Assembly: GCA_038496445.1 (NCBI GenBank)
Contig: JALMLS010000447.1
Coordinates: 204,358 to 268,357 of the forward strand
Length of the DNA stretch: 64,000 nt
Reading direction: 5' to 3'
DNA from: Trichosphaerium sp. ATCC 40318
Taxonomy: Eukaryota; Protista; Tubulinea
The translations under genes and the position numbers were made by a program. Position 1 is the stretch's first letter; each line of letters begins with the position of its first letter. The notes under the pieces are model-generated. The model was not told the origin of the DNA, made no database searches, and was given only the letters and a program-made list of their open reading frames with translations. Of the stretch, positions 27,398 through 41,070 are shown piece after piece.

Positions 27398-29235
27398 TTA
27401 CAATATAAAAAATAGAATGATTATCAGTAATGCAATACAAACAGTAAGTGTTCGACTGCTACACTTGAAAACCTGTATATTGAGAGTGCTTGATAGCAAT
27501 GACGATGTTCTTGTTTGATCAAAGCATTGGTTTGAACGCAAGAGGACCATTGGTGAGATCTCTGTACATTCTTTTAGATGCGATAACATAATTGAACCTG
27601 CCTATAAAATAACATGTGCTTAAGTGTTTGTATAGGATATTTGAGTTGGTACCTCAATTGATGTTGCATCGATGTTAAAAGTGCCAACTATACAGTCGCC
27701 CACTTCAAATATTGTATTTGTTTTGCTCAGTTGAAGTGTTGTGTTATTGAATCTAGCTGTGCCTTCAAACGTATATTAGATTGTAAAGATTCCTAGTCCT
27801 AAAAATTACCATCAATAGAAATATCAAAATCGAGTACGACAACACTGTCAGTTGGTATAAAATCTAACTACAAGTTAGTAACTAACACTTGGTATTTAAG
27901 TTGAAACAAACTTGTTGTTGGAGCACCAGATGGAGCATCTGTTGGAGCATCTGTTGGCGTGGATTAGGTAAAACTGATGAGGTATTAATATTTCGCAACT
28001 TCATCACATACGTGTTGAAGGAGCTGGTTCAATCTCACATATAAAGCGAAACCGTCTATCACATGTTATGTCATGCCATGTAAAATTTCCTATTGTGTCG
28101 TTCCGCATAATTACACAATTTTCCTTGCTTGTATTGAAGAATTGTGGTTCGTTTGGTCCTTGCCAAGGGAATACATAAAATTCTTGTCCAAAATCACGTG
28201 GTTCACTCGTTACTGCCTAAGTGTATGCGTTAGTTATACAAATCGGCAAAATATAATAGTACCCATTGAAAGTCAAGGTGATATCTGTATCCACTTGTCA
28301 ATCCAAGTACTATAGAAGTTATGGGATAGTCGTAAGGGAAAATACTTTTAATAAAATCAAACTCTTCAGCACTGTTGATTGTTACAAGGTATCCATTTTG
28401 TTGTAAACAATACGCTAAGATTATTATTGTAATTAGTGTATAATATTTGAATATAATAGTACCTTGAGCTTCAGCCCATGATAAATACGACCCAATAGAG
28501 TTGTAGCAATGATCTGTGATCTGCTTTAAAAAAAGGGAGAATACTAATAAAGTTTCTTTTCGTTTATAATACCTGTATCGTTGTTGGGGTGCTCACAAGG
28601 TACGTTATCCGATATCTCTACGCAAGGCGTTGTTACTAGTGGAACATTGCCAGAGGGAGCTTCACAAACGAAATGATCTGATGTACAACTATTTTCTATG
28701 AACTATCAAAAGATTAAAAAAAACTTCAACAAATTATTTTGAGAAAAAACATTGTACGCCTCTATCGAGTGTAGGACAGTTGGTATCATTAATAGGGTTT
28801 CCTCTATATTCAATCAATTGTTCCATAGCGATGTCATTGACACGCGAGTTGTCATACCAAAAGTAATTAAGACTGTTTGAAGTGGTGATATTCAAACGTA
28901 ATCGCTATTCGACCTTTTTAGCAACAAACACGTGATTTGGAGATAAAATAAAAAGATTAAAAATTTGTGCTCTCGTACGGGAAATAAAGTCATTACAGAT
29001 GCTTCCATAATACTGTCAAGTACAAGAGGGTTAAATCCTACGAGAAAACAAATAAGTAGGGAAAATAAAGGTCCTTTCTCATAGAAAAGTTACCCATTTC
29101 GCACGAATCGTTGTCTGTATCATTATGGAGCGTGTATGTTGTATTTTCCCATGTACACCTTGAAACAACTGCGCATGTGCTGTTGGTGATGTAAATAACC
29201 ATAAACAGTGCGAACCAGGCAAGTCTTGAAGTCAT
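27398..29235 (-). CDS. Double C-type-lectin surface protein, copy F
   Basis: MTSRLAWFALF...; EPQ...ENCV...WHD...FICE; hydrophobic tail, TAA. Confidence 0.85.
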
Positions 29236-29659
29236 ACTGGAAGCTTGTTTGAAAGTCTATGTCTTTTGAAAATAAAAGAAATATGTGATCGGAAAGTAAA
29301 ACAAAATGGTGAAAAAAAATTACTTTAAGAAAGTAACGGAACTTGCTTAAGTGCACTTAATATATCTTAGTTACTCGGAAACGATACCAATTGATTAACC
29401 TGGATCTCCGTTTTTCCATGAGAGAATTGGCTCCCGCAGTTCAGAGAATACCGGAGTTGAAAAATACAGCATGCGTCAACACGGCACGAGCACTAAACTG
29501 GCTATGTTCGCATTATGCATTGATTTAGCTAACAACAGTAACTAGAAGTATCTCGTGTAGTAATTTTATAAGCACTCTAAGAAAAAAGCGTTGTAAATTT
29601 AAACGCCTGTTTTGGTAATACACGCGATTATTGAAAACTAAATAACATGGAGATTAAAA

Positions 29660-29990
29660 AAATTAAAGATTATTTTGGTATGATGACTCACTTGTATATC
29701 GTTGCTATGATCAAAGAATACCCTGGTACTAATGTTGATAGTAATTGTCCTAAAATGGGTGAATACTGACATTGTTTACACTTTGAGAACATTTCAAAAA
29801 TGACTTCCATTGCTAAAGTACATTTTGTTTGTGAAGCACCTTCAATTGATATCCCTATACAATAAAGCCTTGTGTGAAAAAAGCAACACAGAAACTACCT
29901 TGCGAGCAAAAGAGTTCTGAATCAGGTATAGCAATTGTTTTCTCATACTGGGGTTTGCTCTTAGGTCATAAGCCGGCTACGAAAATAAAG
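29660..29990 (+). pseudogene. Degenerate fragment of the lectin family (exons 3-5)
   Basis: DYFWYDDSL-like, NCP and HFVCEAPS segments with frameshifts and stops. Confidence 0.65.
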
Positions 29991-30319
29991 GAAAACTCTA
30001 ACAACCTTTTTTGTGTGATACTAGTATCGAGCACAAACGAATTTCAAAACCAATGAGAGCATGTAGAACTTAAAAAGAGCATGTGGTGCCATGGTACAAT
30101 ACCAACAAAATCTCATAGGTTCCTTAACCGGCGCTACAGGTTTTTGTAGCCGGCTTTGACGGACCATAAGAACCTCTTAAATCAGGCTCTGGTTTATCTT
30201 CTGTCTTGTGTTGCATTGTAGACGCACATTTTATAGAATTAAGTGACTGTTTGTGTTCGTGTCAATTTTTTTTTACGTTCAGACCATCAATATACGACGC
30301 CTACATACCACAAATCGCT

Positions 30320-32203
30320 ATGACTGACTGCAATGACATGGATATTGATAACAGTACAGAGGTTCCTAGAATTGAAGTTGATAAAGAAGCTTCCTGGGCC
30401 GTTTGGTGCTCTGGAAAGCAGCTTTACATGAAGGTAGAGCCTTTTTATCATGCTGATGAGTATTTGGTTCACCACTTGTTTTAAATGTCACGTATACCAT
30501 CCTCATGCGTAGTAGCATAATGTTTTAGCATGTATGGTCGCATCAGCTGTTGGTGGTGATACAACAGAAGTACCAACAGGCGTCAAAACACCCGTAAATT
30601 ACGCTGATACCCTTCTAATATGGCAAAAAGAATGTCAGGGTACTCCACTATCCATTAAACTGCCCGCATCGCCAAAACCAAATAAAAAACGTAAAAAACC
30701 CGAAATGAATAGTGAACTGGACGCCATTGACGAAGACGAGCTTACAGATATCACACGAGCACGCTTTTTACGCTTAAGCCTTTTTCGAAGAAACCACGTG
30801 TCAAAAATCAAACCCAGGAACTTACGATTGTTGCTTAGATGTCATCATCAAGGGAAGAAAAAACGCCAACAAAAACAGTATCAAAGAAACGAAAAGTTGT
30901 CATCTCTAGAACGGATAGTGATATTGCACGCGAAATGCAGAAGGAGTTTGATACTGAAATTAAAAAACGAGATCAAGCTAAAGCTGATAAAGACTATGCA
31001 CTGGGTACCAAGAGACATAGATAAAAAATCAATGACCAACATTGAATGCTCAAAGTACTTTTTTTAGCTTTTTACCTACAGAACAGAGGTGAAGAACCAG
31101 TGTACTCCTTACCTGATAAAACTGCTCAAGTGATTCCATTGGAGTATGGTGTCATTCTATTCAAGAACTATCTCAATGTGGTATGTATCTTTCGACAACA
31201 ACATTAAGTCTGAGACTTATTATTTTTTTACAGAGCGAACAAGTTGGTATTTATACAATGTGCTCGGAACTCAACAATGCCAGTTAGCAATAGTAACAGA
31301 GATTCCCAATATCCTTATATTATATTCTAGGTATTCCTAAAGCTACTACAGCAACTCATCCTGCTACCGTGTTCATGTACAACTGGGCGAATTATCAACA
31401 GTAAGTTCTCTTTGAAACTCTTCAACTCGATTCTATCTACAAATATCTTGTTTGCTTGTATGTCTTAGTGATTTTTATTATTACAGACCAATCATGAAAT
31501 TGCTAAACCAAAAGATTTATTTGCTTGGGGAGAAGGGCTATATAAAAAGGCACACTATTATGCCAAAGAAAATAACATTTTAATGGACACAAACGATCAT
31601 AAATTTCGCCACCCCACAACATTCAAACCAGATCAACTTATTGGATTATTGTATACTGGTAAGTAATGTATCTTGTACTTGAGTACATTGAATTCATACT
31701 AAAATCAAACAAGAGTTTGAGACTTATTAAGTCACTTTGCGCTGGAGTTAACTTAATCTACATAAGTTTGTGGTCTTACTCTTTTTTGTAGAAACGGGCA
31801 GCTTGTACTGCCATAAAGATGGTGTACCCGGATGGGTAATAAGTACCACAATAGGTAACGATGTTATATTTTATGTTGCAGGCAACCAAAAAGGCACTGA
31901 AGGACGTTTTGGTTAGTTGATCATTTAAATCACAAAAAAACCTGTAAATACTCACGTTTATACGTAGATATGAGACTTCAATCTGGTGATGTTGTATTGT
32001 TCAATGGTAATGATACTTTCCATGGTATTGAAAAAGTATATAATCACACTGTAGGTGTTCTAGAGATCAATATTTTTCTTTCTTTCCTCGAAAAGTGAAT
32101 CCGCTTTATTCTCATTTTTTTCTAGGCTCCCTCCTTTTGGAATGACTTAGAAACGTTTGGATATGCGAGATTCAACTTGCAGTTCAGGGAGAGACAAAAA
32201 TAA
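30320..32203 (+). CDS. AlkB-like 2-oxoglutarate/Fe(II) dioxygenase (multi-exon)
   Basis: GSLYCHKD (HxD), LQSGDVVLFNGNDTFHGIEKV (distal His), ARFNLQFR (RxNxxxR); charged N-terminal region. Confidence 0.7.
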
Positions 32204-32332
32204 CTCATACCTTATGACAGCTTGTACATTTTGTAAATACAGTAGATCAGTATTAAGTAAACCTCAAATAAACTTGCGCAACATTTCGTAGTCAGTGAAG
32301 GCTATACTTTCATCGTATACAAGCTTCGAGTA

Positions 32333-32835
32333 TTGACATCAAGACTTGCATTATTCGCACTGTATATGTTCGTTTACATCACCAACAGCACATGCACAGT
32401 TGTTTCGGGATGTACTTGGGAAAGTACAACATACACGCTCCATAATGATACAGACAATGATTCGTGCGAAATGGGTAATGTTTTAATGAGAAAGAACTTA
32501 CTCGCATTTTATTTGCCCTAACATTGCTTTGTTAGCTAGGATTCAATCGTCTTGTACTAGACAGTAAACATGGAAGAATCTGTAATTACTTTATTTCCTC
32601 TGTATGAGAATGCTATAGAAATCACAGACTATAATTGTGGTTATCACAAAAAAAAAAAAAAAAAAAAAAGGCAACCTTCTCCCTCTTTTTAAAGGCTTTA
32701 CAGGTCATTGCTACAGCCCTGTTCGCTTGAAGTACACGTGGCCTAAAGCTCAAGGTACCCTACAAAAAAATAGTATCTCTGAAATATTAATATATTAATA
32801 GTTCATCTCAAGGACATTGTTTACAACAAGGTGTA
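32333..32835 (+). pseudogene. Truncated lectin-family copy G
   Basis: ATG replaced by TTG; exons 3-4 replaced by sequence ending in a ~22-nt A run; breaks off in exon 6. Confidence 0.8.
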
Positions 32836-33054
32836 CTAAAAAAGAACCTATCCTTTGTGTTCTTGTTCGCCACTTGTCATTGTTGTTAACTGATTTGCTT
32901 CTTTGTTGTGTATTGTATGAGAATAGAATAGAGTCGGTTCACTCAGTTCAAACGCGTGAAATAATCGAAAGTCATTCAAAAACAATTGTTTACGTTGTAC
33001 GACTTTTTTTTCTTTTCTCTTTATTAATCTTGCGGGCAACCCTTAACTCCATTA

Positions 33055-34017
33055 ATGACATCCAAAACACCAAAATACAATGTACGGTATAAACGACGTC
33101 ACACTACGACTAACAACAACAAAAACTAGTTACCATCCGAGGAATGTCTTGTATTGTGTCTTCCGTTGGAACTACATTGTGAAATCATTGATTTAAGCTT
33201 TGAAGTTTATCAAAAGTGGTCGTTGTTATCAAAATACACAGCAACAACAACAAGGTTTGACAACGAGTTGAATAAACGTGGGAAATGGATAAAAAAAAGA
33301 GATAAACTGCTAACTGTTTTATTTCACGTGCATTTCAAAAACGGTTTACGTCATGGATATTCGAAGAGTTGGTATGATGACGGCCAAGTATCATCTCAAG
33401 TACAGTTCGTGAATGGTAAAGAACAAGGAGAGTTTAAGAAGTTCTATCCTAGTGGTACATTGAGGCAATGTTTCAATTACATAGATGGTAAAAAAGACAA
33501 AGAGTTTAAGCAGTTCTATAGGAATGGTCAAGTATCTACGCACCGTAATTATTCCAATGGTGTACTAGAAGGAGAGTACAAAGAGTGGTATACTGATGGT
33601 AAAATGAAGATGAAGGTATTTTATGTCAACGGTAAAAGAGAAGGAGTGAGCAAGCGTTGGTATGAAAATGGCCAATTGAGAGCTCACTACAATTATGTGA
33701 ATGGTAAAGAAGAAGGAGAGTGTAAGTACTGGTATGAGAATGGCCAACTGAGAGATCAGTACAATGCTGTAAATGGTAAACATGAAGGTGAGTGTAAGCG
33801 GTGGTATAACAATGGGCAATTGTGGAGTAATACATACTACAAAAATGGTACTATTGAAGGAGAAGCCAAGGAGTGGTATCAAAATGGACGAACAAAGAAA
33901 ATAGTTTATTATGAGAATGGCAAATATAATGGCACTTTTAAGAGGTATGACTTACGGGGCAACTTGACTTTACAGTGTAGATATGTAAATGGTTTGAGAA
34001 TGAAAAAAAATAGCTAA
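33055..34017 (+). CDS. F-box-like + MORN-variant (YwqK-like) repeat protein
   Basis: LPLELHCEIID N-terminus; ~9 repeats of NGKxEGExKxWYENGQL; short 5' exon MTSKTPKYN. Confidence 0.85.
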
Positions 34018-34744
34018 AACTAAATAAAAAAGGTTGATTGTTTGAACACTGACACCAGATGCTGCACCGTATAATAAGGTATTCACTGCTTAATCTTCTT
34101 CAAGTCGAACATGCAAGTCATGCACTAATGAATCGTAGACAGACACTGCATGATAATTCAATATGAAACCAGCACACCACGTGTTTTTTAACAACACTTG
34201 TCTTAAATAGCTCACACTGAGTCTTTACAGGTCATTAACCCTATTACTGCTAAAGGTTGGCTACCATGAGATGTCATCTTCATCAAACCTGTACTAAGTG
34301 TCCAAAATGTTGAGATCCGAGTAAGTGTTGTCCGTTTTATATTATCCGTCTCATTTTCGTCTTACTATTTTCTAGAAAGTGAGTTTCTAGCACTTTTAGC
34401 AGATCTAGCAAGAATTGACACTTGTCAAATGGTGTAGATCTATCACCATGTGAACTATTTGCATTACTATATTGTTTCATAGTATGACTTGCGTACCTGT
34501 AAGGTGAACAAAAATGCGTGTATGTCAGTTTCAACAGACCACTTAAGATTGCAGCATTTTAACTACGCAAACTGTACACGGTACGAGCCCACAAGAGTGC
34601 TCAATGAGGTAAAAGCGAATTAAAAAGGTATGATGCCCTACAAAGCTATTGCATTACCGCCAAACACGATATGAATGGCCTCAAACACCGTTTGCTGTAT
34701 GTTTTGTTACAACAATTCAACGTAAGTGTATAACTTACTAGCGC

Positions 34745-34876
34745 TACACTGGCGCCTACCCCACGCTAACAAAAGTGCTACGGCAGCACCCAAACAGCAA
34801 GTCAGGTGTAGCAATATTAAACCTTCCCAAAGTGCCACTAGCGTTGCTGTAGGCTTTGTAAACGCCGCCAGGTGTC
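34745..34876 (-). ncRNA. Candidate structured ncRNA (unclassified)
   Basis: GC-rich island with nested long-range stems CTGGCG/CGCCAG, GCCTAC/GTAGGC and ACGCTAGTGG/TTGTTAGCGT (G-U pairs favour minus), plus GTGCTG-CCG-TAGCAC; AAACCCACGT ~50 nt upstream. Confidence 0.4.
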
Positions 34877-35114
34877 AAATATTTGTAACAAAAAATTTTG
34901 CAATGGGTTTGTTAAATCACGTTTCCACGTGGGTTTAAACTGTTGGATTCACTCGACAGGCAGGAGGCTAGATTATTTGAAAAAAGATCTATCGGAAGTG
35001 GCAATCCGTCAGATAATGGATAGACAATGTTAAGGTTTTCTTTGGGAAATGGTAAACGACTTTCTTTAGTTCACAGCATATTCTAGAAAATAAGAAGCTA
35101 CTCTTGAAAGTAAT

Positions 35115-36917
35115 ATGATAAAGCTGACCTTAGCACTTCTTTTTCTATGTATTTATACGAGCGAAAGCACGTGCTCAGTCGTTTCGAGGTGTTTTTGGGA
35201 AAATACGACCTACACGCTTCATAATGATACAGATAACGATTCATGCGAAATGGGTATGTTATAATAAATGGGTAAATGACTTTTACTTACCAAAAGTTTT
35301 TTACGGATTTAGGCTACAATCCCCTCAAACTGGACAGTATTATGGAAACATCAGTCATGACATTATTTCCCGTACGTCGCGTAACATCTTTTGAAGCGAC
35401 TTGGATTTTTCTTCAAATCACGTGGTTTTTAAAAAGTTGTTTAGCCGTTACGTTTGAATATAACCAGTTCAAACAGTACTGCTTTTTTTTGGTATGACAA
35501 CTCACTTGTAAGTCCCATGGCTATGTATAGAGCGTATCCTATAAGTTTCATTGATGATAGCAACTGTTCTACACTTGTAGGAGGCGTGAGTGCTTTTTTT
35601 TCTGTAGCGTGAGATAATGTTTTATTGATCGCTTTTACATAGTTCATTGCAAATACTTGCACCTCAGAACATTTTGTTTGTGAAGCACCTTCGGACACTG
35701 TCCCTTTTGTATCTACACCTTGTTTTAATCCAATACCAAGTGTGTGTGATTACAGGAGCTCTGTTTCAGGTATGTAGAAAATGAATCAAGAAATATTTTG
35801 TCTGATACAAAATTTCTTTAATTGATGTTTAGATTCTTGCTACAATCCTGTTTCAACACGTCGTATATGGCCTCAAGCACAAGGTACATAACAAAAAAAT
35901 TATCGCATTTATAAACAAATACAAGTTCTATTAGAAGCCAATTGAACAGTACAATAACTTTTACAATAGCGCATTGTTTACAACAAGGTGGATATCTTGT
36001 TACAACCACCAACGATGATGAGTTGGATTTTATTTCTGGTTTGATACCACCAGGTGTACGAAACTGTACATGGATTGGATTGACAAGTGGATATAGAAAC
36101 GATCACTTTGACTTTCAATGGGTACTCCCACAAACTATTAAGTCTTAAGGGTGCACGTGCCCCCTTAAATCACAAGTCAATTTAATCCAAAATACACTTA
36201 GGCAGTAACAAATGAACCACGTGATTTTGGTGATGTATTTAAGGAACACCCTTGGAGTCCAGTTGAGCCAAATGATCATACAATTGATGGCGGTATCAAA
36301 GAAAATTGTATTATTATGTGCAATAGTAGGCCAAGTATATGGGCTGATGTACATTGCTATCGGGGCGAGTTCTTTATTTGCGAGATTGAAATACCCAAGG
36401 GTATGCTGAGATAAGTGATTTGTCCGTCAGTAACTGGTTTTTTGTAGGGTCTTTTATACCTACTGATAGTGTAGTTGTAATAGACTCGGATCTTATTATT
36501 GATGGTAAGGTATTTCATGTTTACACTCACACTGATTCTTTTCAAGGTTTGGCACTGTTCAGCAACACAACACTTCAATTAAGAAAAACCAATACAATAT
36601 TTAATGTGAGTTCATGTATCATTGGGGAGTTTAACATTGATACAACATCTGTTGAGGTACCACACCTGAATTAATTGTCACGTGATCAAATTAATCGCTC
36701 AATGTATTTATAGGCAGCTTCAATACAGATATCACAACTAAAAGGATGTGACGAAGCTGATCCAATGGTTCTCTTGGGCAGAAATCAGTGTCTTGAGCAA
36801 ACTAGATCATCTACATCACTGTTGAGCACTCTCAATGTAGCGGTTTTAAAATGTAACAGCCATAAGCTTACTCTGTGCGCTGCATTACTTCTCATCATAG
36901 CTTTTTTGGTATTTTAG
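35115..36917 (+). CDS. Double C-type-lectin surface protein, copy H
   Basis: MIKLTLALLF...; canonical EPN...ENC...WAD...FICE; hydrophobic tail, TAG. Confidence 0.85.
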
Positions 36918-37456
36918 GAATAAAAAACTATTCTCAAAGAACCCATGTACAAGTTAGCAGAAATATGAACTGAGAATGTTCAGCTTGGAGGTTATGTGTC
37001 AATGAAAACTGATTAACAGTATCAACATCATCAGTGCAATAAATGAGTTACAAAGAAAGAATGTGTAGCCATTGCAGTCACTCGAACAGCTGAACAAAAT
37101 AGTACTAACAAAATTAAATTCCTCAGCTCTTCATCACATTAAAAGACAGTCGGCAGTTTAACCCTTGTTCCCCGTTGGTGTTGGCAAACAACACAATACA
37201 CAAGTATAGTCTACTAAAACCAATAACATAATTATCTAGTCAATGCAGTAGAAGATTGTGAGTCCCCCATAACATGTTCAAATTCAAAAAAAAAAAGCAG
37301 AAAAAAGAAGGAAAAAACTGATTACAATTCTACAACCTTATTTCTTCTTTATTACCAACTCCTCTTCATACAACATTCTAATATAACCCTATTTCTTTCA
37401 ATAAGGGATACAAATACAAAATAAACCTTGTTCCGTAATAACATAAAAAAACCAGA

Positions 37457-38230
37457 TTATCGCTTTCTCATAGGCTCTAATCTATCAAAAATATAACAGT
37501 TTGCCTCGGCTGCAACGATCTCTCTATCTTCATCTTTGCTATTCTTCTTACTATGATAACTTTCTACTAGTCTCTTAACCCTTAACGAGTCTGAAGAGTC
37601 GCTATAAGGCAATGATGATATCAACTCTTGTTCTGTTAGTTTATCGACGTTTATCTTTTGTTCGACGCTGTTCTTCGTTATAAGTATCTGTTTGCCATCC
37701 TTGAACTTGGACATAGCTTGTTCTAAGAGCCTATTGATTGGGAGGAAAGGATATTCAAAAATAAACGTAAACATAGCACCGCGAGGGCCAAATGTTGTAT
37801 TATGAAGGGGCATCATTGGATTTGCAGCGTTATGAAACGAATGGTTGTAAAAAGCTACAGAAGGCATTTCTTTTATCGGTAACACTTCCATTGCGCCCAT
37901 TATACGCTGTACGTTCTTCGCTGATATCAAAGAATCATGATTTGGTTCTACGTCTCTGGTATCGTTTACAATATAGTTTGATATCTCGCAACCACTTTGG
38001 TAAAGCTCTTGAGACAATACTACGTCAGCTGAAGCGTTTCCAGACCCTAAACTCAAAATGCGTAGCTTGTTCAGAGTCGTAGGCGGTGCGTTCCTGTTGA
38101 TGTAATCAACTACAACTCCAGCATTACTCGATTTAAGCATGTCAGAACATGTGTTAATCGCTCGAACACCTATCGTTTTCTTACGCGCATAAGTTGTTTG
38201 TTGTGTGGCGAACCGCGTGGCTCTAAACAT
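37457..38230 (-). CDS. Intronless class I SAM-dependent methyltransferase-like protein, possible mitochondrial presequence
   Basis: LRILSLGSGNASADV (motif I), FYNHSFHN; Arg/Thr-rich, acid-free N-terminus MFRATRFATQQTTYARKK. Confidence 0.6.
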   Translation of the reverse strand: MFRATRFATQQTTYARKKTIGVRAINTCSDMLKSSNAGVVVDYINRNAPPTTLNKLRILSLGSGNASADVVLSQELYQSGCEISNYIVNDTRDVEPNHDSLISAKNVQRIMGAMEVLPIKEMPSVAFYNHSFHNAANPMMPLHNTTFGPRGAMFTFIFEYPFLPINRLLEQAMSKFKDGKQILITKNSVEQKINVDKLTEQELISSLPYSDSSDSLRVKRLVESYHSKKNSKDEDREIVAAEANCYIFDRLEPMRKR

Positions 38231-38602
38231 TGTGCTCGAACAAAATGAATGACAGAACAGTTTTGACTACAGGACTAGAGTATTAACGCGCGTGTGGAAC
38301 TCATGATACACTTTATAACTGTACACGGCTAAAGAAAAACCACATCAAATGGAAAAAGGAAATACAAGACAATCCTGACTGTAATTAATGTCTACGTAGC
38401 TATTACAACTGTTTTTTGCCAAAATAACACTGTTTAAATAAAAATTGATGCGCTTTCGCGTAAGAACGATAGACATTGATTTCTGTTATACGTAAAAGCC
38501 AACTACACCACGCAATCTTTACTTCTATAAATGGGAATTATTGACAAAGTCTGACTTTCTTTTTTGCTCGGCTTTCATTTTACTGAATTCGGAATCATAA
38601 GT

Positions 38603-40657
38603 ATGGCATCTCATAGAGCATCTGAAACCATAAATAAGCCACCGGAAGCAAAAAGAGTTCCTCCAGGCACGCTGATTTTTTTGTAGTAACAAAAGCGTGT
38701 AAGAGCGATCTAATTAACAAGTAAACTCTATACCTTTCGTATTTATAAGGTTTAAAACATTAAAAACATTATTAATGCTAATTGAGTAGATGAACTGTTA
38801 AAATGGACTCTCGTTACCCTACCAAATGAAATGGTGCTTGAAATTTACTACCACCTTGATCTTTCCGATGTAAGCAGCATTGGAACTGCTAATAAGCATC
38901 TAAGAAGCATTGTACAAGGTCATAGGGCTGCTAAAGTGCGTTTGAAACATTTTCTGATAAACGCGACTTCCGTAATTCCAAAATACGCGTATCCATTCTA
39001 CAATCAAACTATAACTAGTTGTATAGCGAAACAAAATAGTCAGAGTGTTAACAAATGTGCACCTCCGTTTTTCTGAATGAATCAAAGTTTTTTTTTCCGT
39101 TTTTTTACGATTCATTGTGCAGTTTTTGTTTGGTTTGAATTTCCATTCTGATGATTGTATTAGCAATGTTTGCATGTGTTTAATGTTGATATGATAGTAC
39201 CCGATACAGGTATTACTGCTGGAATTATATTTAACTCCAAAGGACACGTGCGTAATCGCTAGAGTTTTTTTATTTTTAGCTTTTTTTTTTCATAAGATCT
39301 TTTTTTGGCGTTTTATTTTTGCTATTTTCTACGTATGTCTTTGGATTTACTGAAAGGATGATACGAAAAAAATACCAAGTATTTTTAGGCTATTAATAAA
39401 CTAAAAGCAAAACTCAAAGGCGCATGATCGCCGGTTTTAGGTTTAAATGTTCAGAATTTTTTTGGAAAAAATGTTATTCCTTCTTCTTACCCTCTTTCGT
39501 TTAGCTTATATTTACTGACTTTGGAAGACACAGTATATGTTCTTTTGATATGGATACACGCACTCTTAAAAAGCTTATACCCTGTGGAGATCAACCCGAA
39601 GAAGAAAATGAAGAAGACTTGAAACCACAAACTGGCGATTGTCCGTTAGAAAAAGCAAAAGTGAAAAGTCCTCATAGCCTAGCTCTTGACAAGCATGATA
39701 ATATAATATTTTCAGATGCTTATAATCATGTGGTACGTAGAATAAATGTAACATTAAATATTGTGGAGACATTGGCTGGACAGTCTGGATTGTTTGGATA
39801 CACAAATGGTAGTAAGGCCAAAGCAACTTTTTATTATCCTTTCGGGATTGTCTATAATGATGATGGTACTATACTTGTTTGTGACGATTGGAATCATTGT
39901 GTAAGAATAGTAGAACCTTGTGGGGATGTTAAAACTCTTGGTACGTCTTACATTCGAATAGAAACAAAAAAAAAAAATGCAAACAACTTTTTCCTATTTT
40001 TTTCTCATCAAAGTAATGCTCTTTTACTATCGAAAACAAGTATTATACATCCTTTTTATATATCCTCAAATCTACAGGATATCCACAAACGTTTTATAAA
40101 TAGTAAGCGTACAAGAAAACGAAACGTTTCGACGTGTTTTTTTTTTGTATATTTACTGCTTGGTCTGATTGTACTAATTGTTTTTCTCCTTTACAGTCGG
40201 ATCTCCGGCTCATATGCAATATAAAGACGGACCTATTAAAGAAGCACATATGGTATATCCAGGTTATATATGTAAAAACGATAAAACAGGAGAGTTATAC
40301 ATTGCAAGTGAACATGGTATTAGAGTAATTAAAAAAAATATTGTTTCAACAATTTGGGCGCATGCTTCGAATGTACAGACGAATTATTTAAGAATATCTG
40401 GTATAGCTATTGATAGATATGGTGACTTATACTTTTCTCTTGCTGAGAGTAAGAGTGATGACAGGACAACCGAGATACATAAATCTGAAGGTATTTACAA
40501 AATATTTTTATCAATGGAAAAAAGACATGTTGTTAAGTTACGGTTAAATGTTGTTTTGGATAACATTTTTGCTTTAAAGTATTATAAAGGATCTATATAT
40601 TTTAAAGGAACAACAAGAGCAAATGAGCAAAATATATACAAGATGCAGTGTTTGTAA
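38603..40657 (+). CDS. F-box + NHL-repeat protein (multi-exon)
   Basis: LVTLPNEMVLEIYYHLDLSDV (F-box); PHSLALDKHDNIIFSDAYNHVVRRI and FYYPFGIV..DGTILVCDDWNHCVRIV (NHL); first intron is probably GC-AG. Confidence 0.7.
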
Positions 40658-40984
40658 AAAGTGATGTTTTTCAAAAAAAAGAAAAGACTAATAAATCAAC
40701 CCATATAACTTACTATTTGTATCTACGTGTATAGTTGACTCTAGCGCAATATTTTTTCAAGGAAGTGAACCTTTCAAGCGTGTGAATGCTGACCAAACTA
40801 TGATGTGTGATGTCTCAATTTAGTATGGAACATAATAAATCAGTTAGCATATACACTTTTTCCGTTACTTTTGGTTTCGGCCAAAATTAGCACACGTAAG
40901 CTAAATTTGTTTATCGTAGCTCATGTTTCAGCACATCTGAAGATTGTGTCGTCAACTGATCCAATAATTTAGAAACAGTCCTGG

Positions 40985-41070
40985 TTGCGATATTCAAGCA
41001 ATCCATCTGAATTTGCTATTTCGCAGTGGCCCACATTATGCTGAAATGCGAACACAATGTAAACTCCTTA
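40985..41070 (+). repeat. ~85-bp coding-like fragment duplicated at ~44550-44635
   Basis: CDIQAIHLNLLFRSGPHYAEMRTQ vs CDIQAVYLQLLFRSGPHYAEMRTQ, with several synonymous differences. Confidence 0.6.

Noticed and set aside
33565-33882. Antisense ORFs over the MORN, lectin and Pro/Thr regions (also 12237-12527, 46646-46876, 52483-52743)
   Set aside because: They are shadow frames of repetitive sense-strand coding sequence.
34866-34885. U1 snRNA (ACACCTGGC resembling ACTTACCTGG)
   Set aside because: The 5' splice-site recognition sequence, the U1-70K GATCAC loop, an exact ATTGCAC loop and an Sm site are not present.
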